DNA of 29,763 nt, from contig JBEWZL010000062.1 in NCBI GenBank assembly GCA_045837725.1, positions 62,001 to 91,763 on the forward strand, given 5' to 3'. The notes under the pieces were generated by a model, which saw only the letters and a program-made list of their open reading frames with translations, was not told where the DNA came from and ran no database searches. Origin of the DNA: Vermamoeba vermiformis (lineage: Eukaryota). Position 1 is the first letter of the stretch. Each line of letters opens with the position of its first letter. The position numbers were made by a program, and so were the translations under genes. Below, piece by piece: positions 1-11,272 of this stretch.

Positions 1-14
1 TTTTTTCGCCCTAG

Positions 15-2361
15 TGTCGTCATCAACAGCCGTGACTTATCCAAAAATATTAGCAAAAATAGTGGATTTGCCATACAGCCAACCCGGTGAAGAGCTAACG
101 TCAACATTTTACGTAAGTTAATTCATAATAATATTATGGAATTTTATAGCAGTGTCGATCTTCCCTTATTGTTGCGATTTCAAATTTACCTAAACTTTTG
201 CTAACCATTAATTTTTTAATATTTAGAATTTGCTATTTCAATTGTGTTTGGCATTTTCAGCAAGTACAGTCGCGCGATTCTTATCGCAAAAGATTATATT
301 CTATATTGCAACTCAAACAGAAGATTCGTGGCGGTATTTTGGACTGCTGAAGACTTACACTTTGCCGGTTGATTGGCACAATAGGCATTCGTCGGGATCA
401 ACTGGTATAGCGTGTGCTATATTATAGCCGATACCTATTATTAATATTGATGTATTTCAGGTTCGAAAATTGAGCAGGGAGGCAGTGCCGTATGGGTTTT
501 GTTGAACTCGAGCGGCGGTCAAGATCTGTTTTTGTCGTTGACAGTCCTCGTTTCAGTATTATACTCGGCTATATACGAAGCACCTGGCTTGTGGTGGTTA
601 TTCATATTACCATGTCCTGCTTACTTATTCTTGAACGAGTACATTGGGTACGTCAGATCAAGAAATCATAATTGTTCCTTATTTGATACTAAAGATCGAT
701 CTTTGCAGCAAAAAAATTCAAAAAGCACAAGAAATCACGTCATATTATAACCGAAAAGCAGCACAATATTTATACGACGGTCTTGCAAATGTCAAAGTCG
801 TGAAAGCATTTGGCAGAGAATATTACGAGACAGGTACTATTTAATCATCTGATTTTGTTATACTAGTAATATTAATGTATTTACATAGCACAATACGCTG
901 CTCGATGGTCCTCGTTTCACAAATCAGAATATGAAACGGAGGTATTGAACTTCAATCGCGTACTGATCCAAAGCTTCTTCGACTTATTCATGCGCATCGT
1001 ATTATTGTATTATTTATTCCATAATATTACTGCTGGAAAAATGACCGTTGGATCTATTGCCATGCTCATGTCCTATCAGGTGCGTCACGATCTTCAGATC
1101 TGGATCTTTTTTTTTTCTTCCTCTTGCACGAAATTTACACCAATAGTAGAGAAATTATATAGCATCAATATACAATATAATATTTATGCTAGGAGTTAAT
1201 TGCCTGAGTTAATTGTAGTCTTTTTCTAGGGAATGATTTTCGGTCCGTTGTCAATGTTGAGCGGAATTTTAGCGAGCATTAAACGTCAAACTCAACGCAG
1301 TAAAGGTATATAGTATAATATCGCAATGTTATATTAACGAATATTTGGACCAGATCTGATGGATATTTTGCGCGAGCCGGATCCGTTACGTGATAGCAAC
1401 AGACCTGTGGACATTAAGCATTTGAAACATGATATCAAGCTCGACAATGTGACGTTCAATTACATTTCTGAACCTGGTGTGCGGCCAGCTCTCGATGATT
1501 GTACGTTGACTTTACGAGCTGGAACCACGACCGCACTTGTGGGACGAAGTGGCGCTGGAAAATCAACCGTAATTTCGTTACTGCTAAGATTTTACGATCC
1601 CACTACAGGTAATACCGCTTATATAATGAGACTAAGGAAAGTAAGCTAAACATTTTTATTGCTGCGTAGGACGCATCCTTTGGGACGGAGAAGATTTGCG
1701 AAATTTCTCGAGAAAATCGCTTCATCAGCGCGTAGCAGTAGTGCCTCAAGACGTTTTGATATTTAATAGAAGTATTAGAGAAAATATTGCGTACGGTGAT
1801 CCGGATTTGCCTTTGAGCGTTGTTATGGATGCAGCCAAAAAGGCACATATCCACGATTTCATTATGAGTAAGTCCCATTTATTATATATTACGATCTTTA
1901 ATTGCTTTCGTGGCAGCGCTGCCCCATCAATACGATTCAGTCATTGGTGAGAACGGAATCCAGCTTAGTGGTGGACAAAAACAACGAGTTTCCATTGCTC
2001 GTGCATTGGCATTAGATCCATCTTTGATATTGTAAGTGTTCAACATTGTCTTGCTTTTTCTAAAACTTTTTGAACTAACGCGTACTGGATCAGATTCGAT
2101 GAAAGTACTTCGCATTTGGACTCAGAAAGCGAGCTTGCTATTCAAGAAAGCATCGCATCATTGCATCACGAAATAACTCAAGTCATAGTCGCACATCGCT
2201 TCTCGACAATTCTACATGCGGATCAGATCGTGGTACTAGACGAAGGAAAGATCATTGGTGTTGGAACACATCATGAATTGGTACGCACGAATCCTGTCTA
2301 TCAGAAGCTCTATACTCTGCAATTTAAGGATGACGATAAAGACGATCAAAAGAACAAATGA
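15..2361 (+). CDS. ABCB-family half transporter (TMD+NBD, MsbA/ATM1-like), 5' end outside window; predicted exons 15-112, 227-404, 461-647, 709-833, 889-1079, 1230-1305, 1354-1608, 1670-1867, 1917-2031, 2094-2361
   Basis: GT..AG splicing joins the ORF pieces in one frame. Hydrophobic TMD followed by Walker [10 protein letters not shown]-loop VVPQD, signature LSGGQKQR, Walker B LILFDE, D-loop SHLD and H-loop VAHRFST; stop TGA at 2359-2361. Confidence 0.93.
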
Positions 2362-2633
2362 AAGGATTGAAAATGATTGTAAATAAATTGGATCCGACGA
2401 TTGAAGTTGTTTTTGCTGTAATGACCTATTCTGTGGTCGTAGAGAAAGATCGTTAATTAATATAATTCGAAAATTATCGCTACAAGTAATCTCATTGGTG
2501 GAGGTGAAGCTGTTGTTATTCCATCAAAAGGACTCAGGTGAAGACCTTATCTATTCTTGTTCTTCGGTAGTGGTGCCTAACCTGGTCTGCCTTCTGCCGA
2601 CGTTCAATCGCTTACGTGCACAACACCTCTCAT

Positions 2634-2656
2634 TGGCAACGTGTCACCGAGTGTCA
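2634..2656 (-). promoter_or_regulatory. Tandem TGACAC element 50-70 bp upstream of the F-box ATG
   Basis: Minus strand reads TGACAC-TCGG-TGACAC-GTTGCCA (GTGTCA at 2641-2646 and 2651-2656 on +), the same architecture as the copies at 9821, 10838, 22123 and 25357. Confidence 0.4.
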
Positions 2657-2706
2657 TCGTTAGCTTCGATTTTTTCATTTTTTTTAATTCCACAACAGCA
2701 GCAACA

Positions 2707-5002
2707 ATGCTTAATTCACAATTTACCAAATACAAGCAGTTCAATCCCGAGAAGAAGCGATTAAAACGCTTTCAATGCGAAAACATCGAAGAGCAACCAG
2801 ATGCACCTTGGCTCACACTTCCTGACGAGATAGGATGCATGATATTATTTTATTGTTCACTGGAATCATTTTGCAATATAAAACGCGTTTGCAAACAGCT
2901 GAATAAGCTGGCTGACCGAAGAGCTGAAAAATATGCATTTGAAAATACGCTGGCAGGGTAAGAATTTTAGATAATTAGGGATTATTCGTATTTATCCACG
3001 TTCATATAATTGATTATGATTTTTTTTTCGTAATTTCGAAATTAAAATAATCGTAATAATTATTTATTATTATTTGTGCAGATGCGGACAGTCCCAAGAG
3101 CGCAAAGACTTGCTTGATTGGTGGCCTTATATTTTAAAACTCGTAAGCTATAATATATTTAATCTATGGTCCATCTAATATTTTCATGAATAGCGAGCTT
3201 ATAGTTTCAACGATCCGACCTTGATTGCGGAGTATATGGACTTCAAAGTTGATACGAAGCAAATTGTCGAATTCTGCATGATAGAAAATCTTAGTGATAT
3301 TCATTTGAAGCTAGGCTACATTAAAGAACAGTTCATTAGAAAACCTCGTCGCGAACTTGAATCAATTATTGCCTTTGATGCTGACGCTATCTTACAATAT
3401 TTTGTCGAGGTAATATTATACTCATTTATTAACAAGCTTAACGAATTAAGATTGCCAAGAAGGCGATTTAGAGATCTGACAGATGCGTTTTTTGATTTCT
3501 TCGATTTTTCTGGAAATAATGCATACAACGTTAAGGAATTATATTAAAATAACGGTTTACTTATAGGTTTTCGAAGAAGAATTCAAAGCCAAATCGAGCA
3601 AATGGGCGTTGATGACCGATACGAAATTTCAGAATTTTCTTTGGTGCCTATTGGTCGCTTTTGAAGAGTACCTTGATCAATTCTCCAAGAAAAAACAATT
3701 CGCTTCGATGAATTTGATGCCTGTGTTCATGAACATCATGTCCAAATATAGTCCTGTTGTCGTACGATTACTACTGACACCGGAGCTGTTTTTGGGAAGA
3801 AAAGGATTTCCTTTATTGGTAAGTTTTGATCGAGAACCCATTTTCGTCGTAAAATTAATGATTTTTTTTTAAATAAGAAAACAATGCCGTACAGAGTATT
3901 ACGAGGATTAGCGGAGCACAAACAGCGGTTCCCATTGGACCTTACGAGCACATTAACGAGCCAAGATAACATTTTGGAAGCACCGAGTTCATTCTACGTA
4001 AGTTTTGAAGTCAAATTAATCAAGCTATTTGACGTTTGACCAAACGTTGACCGTTATTTTAAATTTTTGAGTGCTTTCTTAATTTTAATTCTTTTTACGA
4101 ATCAATGTAATATAGTACTATATTATTGTTATTATTACAACATTGTATTATTATAATTTAAATTTAAGATCAAATAATAATTTTAGATCTGATGTGTTCT
4201 GTTTTAGTTCCCACCCTTACTGTTGTCTTGTTTCGTGTGCGACCAATCAATGTTCAACGAACTGTCCAAGCACACGCCTATTGTTCCATCTGGTTATTTT
4301 GCAGCATTAGCACGCAGCACGAACAACTCTGAAGATCGATTTCCTTTTTTCGACGGCTTGGTCGAGAAAAAAATTGGTAACATCTTAATTCATTAACCTA
4401 AATATACTATAATTGGTATTAACCAAATTTAGATATCAATGCAAAAATTCCGCTAGTGATCAAGAGCTTGAAAAACCCGTGGATTGAAACGGTTCTTGGC
4501 ATAGCATGCTTCGATTACAATAAGAACGATGGATGTATATTAATCGAATGGCTATTACACCACGGCGCACGATTCTCGGAAAATGAATTGAAGGCGTTGA
4601 ATGGACCCAAGTCAAAACTCAGAGCGTCAATTAAAGGCGTCCTAGAAGTCGTGCAAAGCGGCAAAAATTATAATCCATTTAAGAATTTGATTGAATGGTA
4701 AGTCGCTATAATATTTTATCGTCGTTTTATTACGCTTTTTCAACGCAATAATTAGGTACTAATTAATTTTCTATTAGGAACCCCAAACAATCAGAAAATT
4801 TTCGTCAATTAGGAGCTGTTGCCAGCCTAACTTTTCAAGGAGGTGACAATTTTTCAGTGAAGCGTAAGAATACTTTCGTCGTTAAATTCTATCAAAGTTT
4901 GCTCGTCTAATTTTAGCGCAGTCCAAAATACGACGTTTACTGGAAAATGGCAACGAGGTCGCAAACCAAATCACATCATTTGTACGGCGGACAAAGAAGT
5001 GA
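2707..5002 (+). CDS. F-box protein, multi-exon, with a helical body and an ankyrin-like repeat near the C-terminus; 3' end approximate
   Basis: ATG at 2707; first exon has the F-box pattern WLTLPDEIGCMILFYCSLESFCNIKRVCKQLNKL after a basic KKRLKR patch. Later exons at about 3082-3142, 3194-3409, 3568-3818, 3878-3997, 4208-4376, 4433-4697, 4778-4863 and 4917-5002. ETVLGIAC...LIEWLLHHGA looks ankyrin-like. The last-exon frame was inferred from splice phase. Confidence 0.75.
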
Positions 5003-5336
5003 CGGAAATAGTCTTGTTCGGTAGTTATAACGATACAAATGAGCCGATTATTGCACCATCAAGTAGAATTTTTGACTTTTTTGCCTACATGTAAGAAAAC
5101 ATTGACATTAATAATTTGTTTTCATATGCTTTGGATTACAAAATTCGTGTAAATATTGCAACTGACGGATTAACTTTGAACAGGACTTGCGAAGGAAGGC
5201 TCGTGTTGCTCAAAGAAGATGCATCACTATTAGCACCGAGTATGGAATTGTTACGCAGTGCTTGGGTGCACATAAACAAATAATTGGTATTAATCGAGGT
5301 CTTTAAAACGTCAGTCCAGATTCTCGGATCCAATTT

Positions 5337-6981
5337 TTAGATCAGAATTACAAAAATTGTAGCGACAGCTACTGAAGTACAAGATAAAATAGAATTAGAG
5401 TCACTAATATTGGAACCATTTGGCCCTTTAGTGCTGTTCGGCTGTTGTTGTTGTGAGCACTGAAAGTTTGTTGGATCTGATGTGCACGAGGTACATTCAG
5501 TATCGCCAGCATTGCTGAAAGTACCTTCAGGACAGTTTTGACATGAAATTCCGTTAGGGCTCGGGACCTGTCCTGCAGAGCACGTGATGCATCCAAAGCC
5601 TTCATCGTAGATTTCGTTGGGCTTACATGTCAAACAGCTGTCACCGCGTGGATGCGTGTCAGCAGGGCAAGTGCACGTGCCATTTGAAGATAATATTTGT
5701 TGACTAGCGCAGCCAATAGCAACTACGTTAGCGTAAATATTATTTCCTGAAGCTCCGCCAAGGTAGATCGTGCCATCCGGACCAACCGAAACTCCGCCTC
5801 GTCCAGCGAGATTGAGACCAGAATTAATTTTCCATAAAATGGTTAAATTGAATAAATCTGAGGTATCAAAGGCAAATAAATAACCGTTTGAAGTGCTGAC
5901 GGCGTATAAGACCCCATCCGTCGAAAGAACCATTTGAGCACTGAGATCGTAGTTATTGATATCGCCAATATTCAAAATGCGCCAGAAAGTTCCATTAGTA
6001 GTGTCGAAAGCAAAGATGTTTCCGTTGGATGTGCTAATAATAATGTAGTCGTCATTAAAAAGCACTGGTGTAGCAGCCATAGGCCAGCTTCCATAAATTC
6101 CGATCGAGAAGATTAGGGCTCCACTAGGATTGAACTTAAATAGGGAAGCAGAGAGCGGACCAATGCGATCTGCAACGTAGATGTTGCCTTTGGAGTCGAT
6201 CGCGGGTTGTCCGGGGAACTCGTTGACTGAAACGTATTGGTAGCTCCAATATATAGTTCCATTAGGGAATATCTTGTACACCCATTCTTGAGATCGAACG
6301 ACAATCGTGCTGTCGTAAGCGGACCAGATCGGGACGGCAAGTTGCGAATCTGAACCAGCCAACTGCACAGACCAAGTAATTGCACCATCCATAGCATTAA
6401 TTAATACAAGAGAAATGCTCGTTGATAAGTAGAAGCCATCGTTGTTAGCAGTCCAAAGCATGGGCGACAGATTCGTTGCGGAATTTCCGTTGCAGACGGT
6501 GTTGCTAGTCCACAAAATATCGGCAGTCTCCGCATTGAATGCCAACACTTTGCAGGTTTGGTTATTAAGGACATAAAGCACATTATTGCGATAGGTCATT
6601 GCGCCATAGCAAGATCCGCCGTTTGGATCAGTGAATTGTTGGACTAGGCCAGTCGAATTGAGTCGAAGAGCAACTACATTGCCTCCTTGATTAGGGATAA
6701 ATATATCTCCGGTAGTATCATCGATAAGGATTGTTCCTAAAGAAAATAAAAGTTAGACTAAACGCCATCCGAAACAATTTAAATTTGAATAAAATGCGAA
6801 TCAATATTTAAATACCTTGGATGATAGAAGGACTTGCATAGGACCATAAATTATTCGGTTTCGATCTAAAGACGGGCCTGGAATGAATTCCATTGTTACC
6901 ACCGCCCCAAGTATTCCAATCGCATTGGATCGAGGCAAGTAAACCAAGTAAAATGACCGAAAATAGTCTCATTGGCTTCAT
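5337..6981 (-). CDS. Secreted, probably GPI-anchored protein: PQQ/BamB-like beta-propeller plus Cys-rich (CxxCPxG, TNFR/ephrin-receptor-like) repeats and S/T/N stalk; exons 6981-6816 and 6736-5337
   Basis: Signal peptide MKPMRLFSVILLGLLASIQC, then DWNTWGGGNN. Repeated propeller blades (VLAFNAETADILW, LINAMDGAITW, PAIDSKGNIYV, IFAFDTTNGTFW, VSVGPDGTIYLG), Cys repeats (CTCPADTH, CITCSAGQVP, CQNCPEGTFS) and a hydrophobic C-terminus ending at the stop (SVAVATIFVILI*). Confidence 0.85.
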
Positions 6982-7555
6982 GTGGTGCTAATATTGCTGT
7001 TGTCGAATTCAATTAACGCAATGACAGCGAGATATTTGTAATTTAATTGAACCCTGCTTGATTTTCGAAAGATTTGCAAAATAAATTAAATAAATCGTTC
7101 CACCGCTAAAAATTATTAATTTTGAATCGAATTTATGCCGGAAAATTATTCTACGATTAAATTGAAAATACTGGAGACAGATTGGATGCCGGATTTGCTC
7201 GTCTAGTATTGTTTTCAATCCCAGACCATAATTATTGTTGTATGTTACCTTTTATTGGCAATAATATGGTATCGTAAGAAGCAAACAACTTCAAGTTGAG
7301 CCAAACGCATGCATCCCATCAGTTAAAATATTATGTTGTAACCTATTATAGCACGTAGGACATATTATTTTAATACTACCGTGCCTTTGTAAATTGAGTT
7401 GTAGTATTAGCGAAAGAATAAATTTAGAAAATGACCGTTACGCCAAATTTTGGACTCTGCGCACGTGATTGCCGACTTTTCAGGCGCGAGCTCCAAAATT
7501 AAAGAAAACAAATATTATAATTAATAGGAAGAGCACACGTTCCCTTATTTTAAGA

Positions 7556-10500
7556 ATGAGCGAGCCCATCTGGATCTTTTCTGACAGTACCACAACGCCG
7601 ATCGGCGAAGCGTTCATGATTAAAGATGAACTTGGCAGGTAAATTACGCTTATATAAATAATAGCATAATTATAGTGAAATATAAATTACTTGAAAAGTG
7701 GAATGGAATTCGCCAGACAGGCGTTGGAACAAATCCGTTCAGAAATTTAAATTTTATTCATTAAATCGTGTAGTCAATCATAATATGCACTACAAATATC
7801 AATTAATTTTTATTGTACTATTTTTCTCGCTTACCTATTCCTTAAAAATTAAATTTTTGCGAGATCTCTATTTGTATGCAAACTGAATAGCAAATTAAAT
7901 TACTTTTGCATAATATTGACCTCAATATTTATGTGGAATTATTTAACCTTAAAGAATCCTTTATTTTCGAATTTTCACCTCTTAAATTTCCGTTACACTT
8001 TTCACCTACATAAAAACCCGACATAATTTCCTAATTTCTTATTATAAGGGGTACTACTTCCGTGGTCAAAAAAGCTACAAATAAAGTATCGGGCGACTTG
8101 GTAGCATTAAAAATAATCGATAAACGGTTTGTCGATCCAGACGCGGTAGTTAAAGAAGTTGCTATTATGAAAGAATTAGACGATCACCCTGGATTTATTC
8201 ACGTTAAAGAAGTATATGAAGATAATACTAATTTAATATTAGTCGAAGACCTGGTAACAGGTAAACCGAGATCCATAAACTTTTTACTGCTGGATTGTTA
8301 ACTCCAACTTTTCCGCTCAAATATTTATCTTAACCCATAACGTTTCATATATAAATGTTTAATATAACCAATATAGTACTCAAATTGGAAGTAAACCAAT
8401 TTCTGCTCAGTTTCCGAGCCTACTTTCGTAGCAGCTGAAAATAATTTATTTTATCAATTTTATTAATGATTGAACTATTATAGGCGGAGAATTGTTCGAC
8501 AAGATTGTAGAATTGAACACATTTTCCGAAAAAGACGCTGCTAGTCTCGTCCAACAGATCGCATCAATCATTGCATATCTTCACAGCAAAGACATCGTAC
8601 ATCGTGATTTGAAGCCTGAAAATTTGTTATTTGTGGATAGTAATTCGAACAAATTGAAATTGTGCGATTTTGGAACTGCGGAAATTGTTGTTAGTGGCAC
8701 TGTTTTGCAAGATGCTATTGGCTCACCAGGGTACGTAGAGCTATTATATACATATTATTATATTAAGGCCGGGACCTACTATCAAATGATACAAAAGTGA
8801 TATATATTGATTATTTCCTTATATAGATATATGGCTCCCGAAGTGGTCGCTGGAATTGGTTACGATAAAGCCGTTGATATTTTCAGCTTTGGTGTCATTA
8901 TGGTACGTTACCAAATAGTATATTGTTCCGTTGTATCGTAGACGTGAGAGTCCATGCCTAACTTTCCTTTTATAGTATGTGATGCTTTCGGGCACGTTCC
9001 CGTACGATGACGAAGAAGCCATTCCGAAGCGACCCGCAGATTTTCCGTCGCCTGATTGGGACAACGTGAGCGAGGTCGTGAAAAAATTAATCGGAGATTG
9101 TTTGAATTTGGATCCGGCAAAGCGACCGACAGCACAACGAGTGTTAGATCATCCGTGGGTCAAGGGCGAAAACATCGAGGCTAAAAAAGATCTTGGCGCA
9201 GCGTTGCCCACTTTACGTCGGTTGGTCACTTCGCGCAAGTTAGGTGGACTCGTGGGCCATGCTATTAATATCACGCATGATGGACCTGCTGCGGGCACTG
9301 GCCGACCACAGTTACTCAAGAGTCCGAGCATTAAGGTACTGTTTTTATGAACGCTGTATTCACTGAAACACGACGCCTCGAACTAACAATTTTTTTCACA
9401 GCACGATTTGAGCACGACCGCTGATACTAAATTAAGAGAAAGTACCAAAGATGTAAGTGGATAGCACACAAAAAGTTGGTTTTAATGAAATTTCGCTAGA
9501 AAACTCCTCGTCGCGAGTTGTCTGTTGACAGCGACAAGAGTGATAGATCTTTGAAGAGAGAAACATCGTCGGGCTCGAGCAAAGATAAGACCAAGGACAA
9601 AGACAAGTTGAAGCGTGAAGCGTCCTCGGGATCAAGCAAAGAACGTGAAAAAGATAAGGACAAACTTAAGCGCGAAGTTTCATCTGGATCCAGCAAGGAC
9701 AAGTCCGAGCGTGAAAAAGTCAAGCGAGAGGTGTCCTCTGGATCTAAGGATAAGGGACGCAGTACACCTTCACGGGAACTTTCACTGAACGATAGCAAGA
9801 GTACGTTCAAAGATCGCGTTTGACATTTTGACACCTGTCAAGATGACACCTCGCAACAATTTTTTTAACGATTTTTTTTTCTTGTAGATGTCAAACTTAG
9901 CTCGAATATTCTCAGCAGCGTTGCCAACATGGTTTCAGACACGCTTGAAATTCCCAAAATTAACTCACCAATGGGCGACCACTTGAGTTCGCCTAAAGGC
10001 AACACGCCAAAATCAGCGCACTTGGCGCCGTGGCTCACTGAGCATGAAGAACCTCGTACAAAAACACCGAGAATGCAAGCTAGCATTAGAGACATTAGAC
10101 AGTTCATGTCGCAGTTCAAACAGAAAGAAGAAGAGGTACGTCCAGATCCACACAATTTTTTTATGCAGTTATTGCCTTATTTGGAAATATCACGTGCTGA
10201 CTTTGATTTGTTTGTAGAATGCGGAGAAACAGAACTTGAAGAGATTGAAAGAACGAGCGAAGAAATTAGTGCAACAATTGGCGAACGAAAAAGATATTCG
10301 AATCACGTGCGAGAAACAATTGCAACAAACCAAAAAAGAATTGCAAAAGAAAGAAACTGAAAATAACGAACAACGCCATATCATTCAACAACTGCAAAGG
10401 TATAAAACAATTCACGGTGTTTTCATGAACCGTTTTCACTGAACTTTTGTTTCATTTGCAGCCAAATTCGTGAACTGCAAACGAGAGTTGAATCAGAGGA

Positions 10501-11063
10501 CCAACTTAAGGCCGAATTTAGCGCGACACGCATTGGCTTGGACTCGCGATTAATTACGAGTGAAAAAGAACTCAATGCTGAGCGCGAGAAGAGAGTGGCA
10601 CTTGAACGCGAGATTGAACATTTGCGTGCTGAAAACGAAGAAAAGAATGTTAAGCTTGTTGAAGCGACGAAGACTATTAGAAAGTTTGAAAATCAGGTAC
10701 GAATATTAACCATTGAAAAAACAAATCCTAGTCTCAATTTCGTTAAATTATCTTGGCACTGGCTATGATTGATTATTATTTCTTAATTATTTTGAATTTT
10801 TTGTTATAATCTTCGATTATCCGTTTGGACGTGCTATGTGTCAAAAATGTCATTTTCTAACGGTGAGCACTTTGCAGGCCAAAGTTGAGAGCGGCATGAC
10901 CTCGCAACAAACCGCTAAAGCAGTGCGCGAAAAAGAAGAAGAATTCGCTAAGATTCGAGCAGAACTCGACGGCGAGATTAAAAAGTTGAAAGAAGACGTT
11001 GAAAAGCTCGAAGAAGACAAATTAATTTTGAAATGGAAAGTTGAAGAGTTATCTACGCATTAA
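7556..11063 (+). CDS. CAMK-group Ser/Thr kinase (CaMK1/MLCK-A-like) with a charged repeat linker and C-terminal coiled coil; exons 7556-7638, 8049-8260, 8484-8730, 8827-8902, 8976-9335, 9402-9452, 9500-9800, 9888-10135, 10218-10399, 10462-10696, 10878-11063
   Basis: Spliced product has LGRGTTSVV, VALKII, GGELFDKIV, HRDLKPENLL, DFG, GSPGYMAPE, DIFSFGVI and DPAKRPTAQRVLDHPW. All junctions keep frame; the E/K/L/Q-rich heptad-like tail runs to TAA at 11061-11063. Confidence 0.92.
9551..9750 (+). repeat. Four tandem coding repeats (L/V)KRE(T/A/V)SSGS(S)K..., period 57/57/54 nt
   Basis: Units start at 9551, 9608, 9665 and 9719. The amino-acid core is conserved while synonymous positions differ. 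Confidence 0.9.
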
Positions 11064-11272
11064 TACCATTCAAATATTAATTCAACGCGAAATTCCTGTA
11101 ATTTTTACAAATCACAAAGGACTTGTACCGGTACAACATATAAATAGCACTAATTATAATACTTCATTACAATAGCAATGAAATATGCCCTAATTACGAA
11201 TTCTACATAGATAGATCGTATAACTCTTCATACAATAAATTACGGTATTTCTGTTGCCACCTTAGTTTTGTT

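Noticed and set aside
2495-2764. 89-aa + ORF overlapping the F-box start
   Set aside because: Non-ATG start, spans the probable promoter and T-rich leader, no motifs.
9496-9834. Minus-strand 112-aa ORF with LLDPE repeats (LRR-like look)
   Set aside because: Antisense of the K/D/E/S kinase repeat exon.
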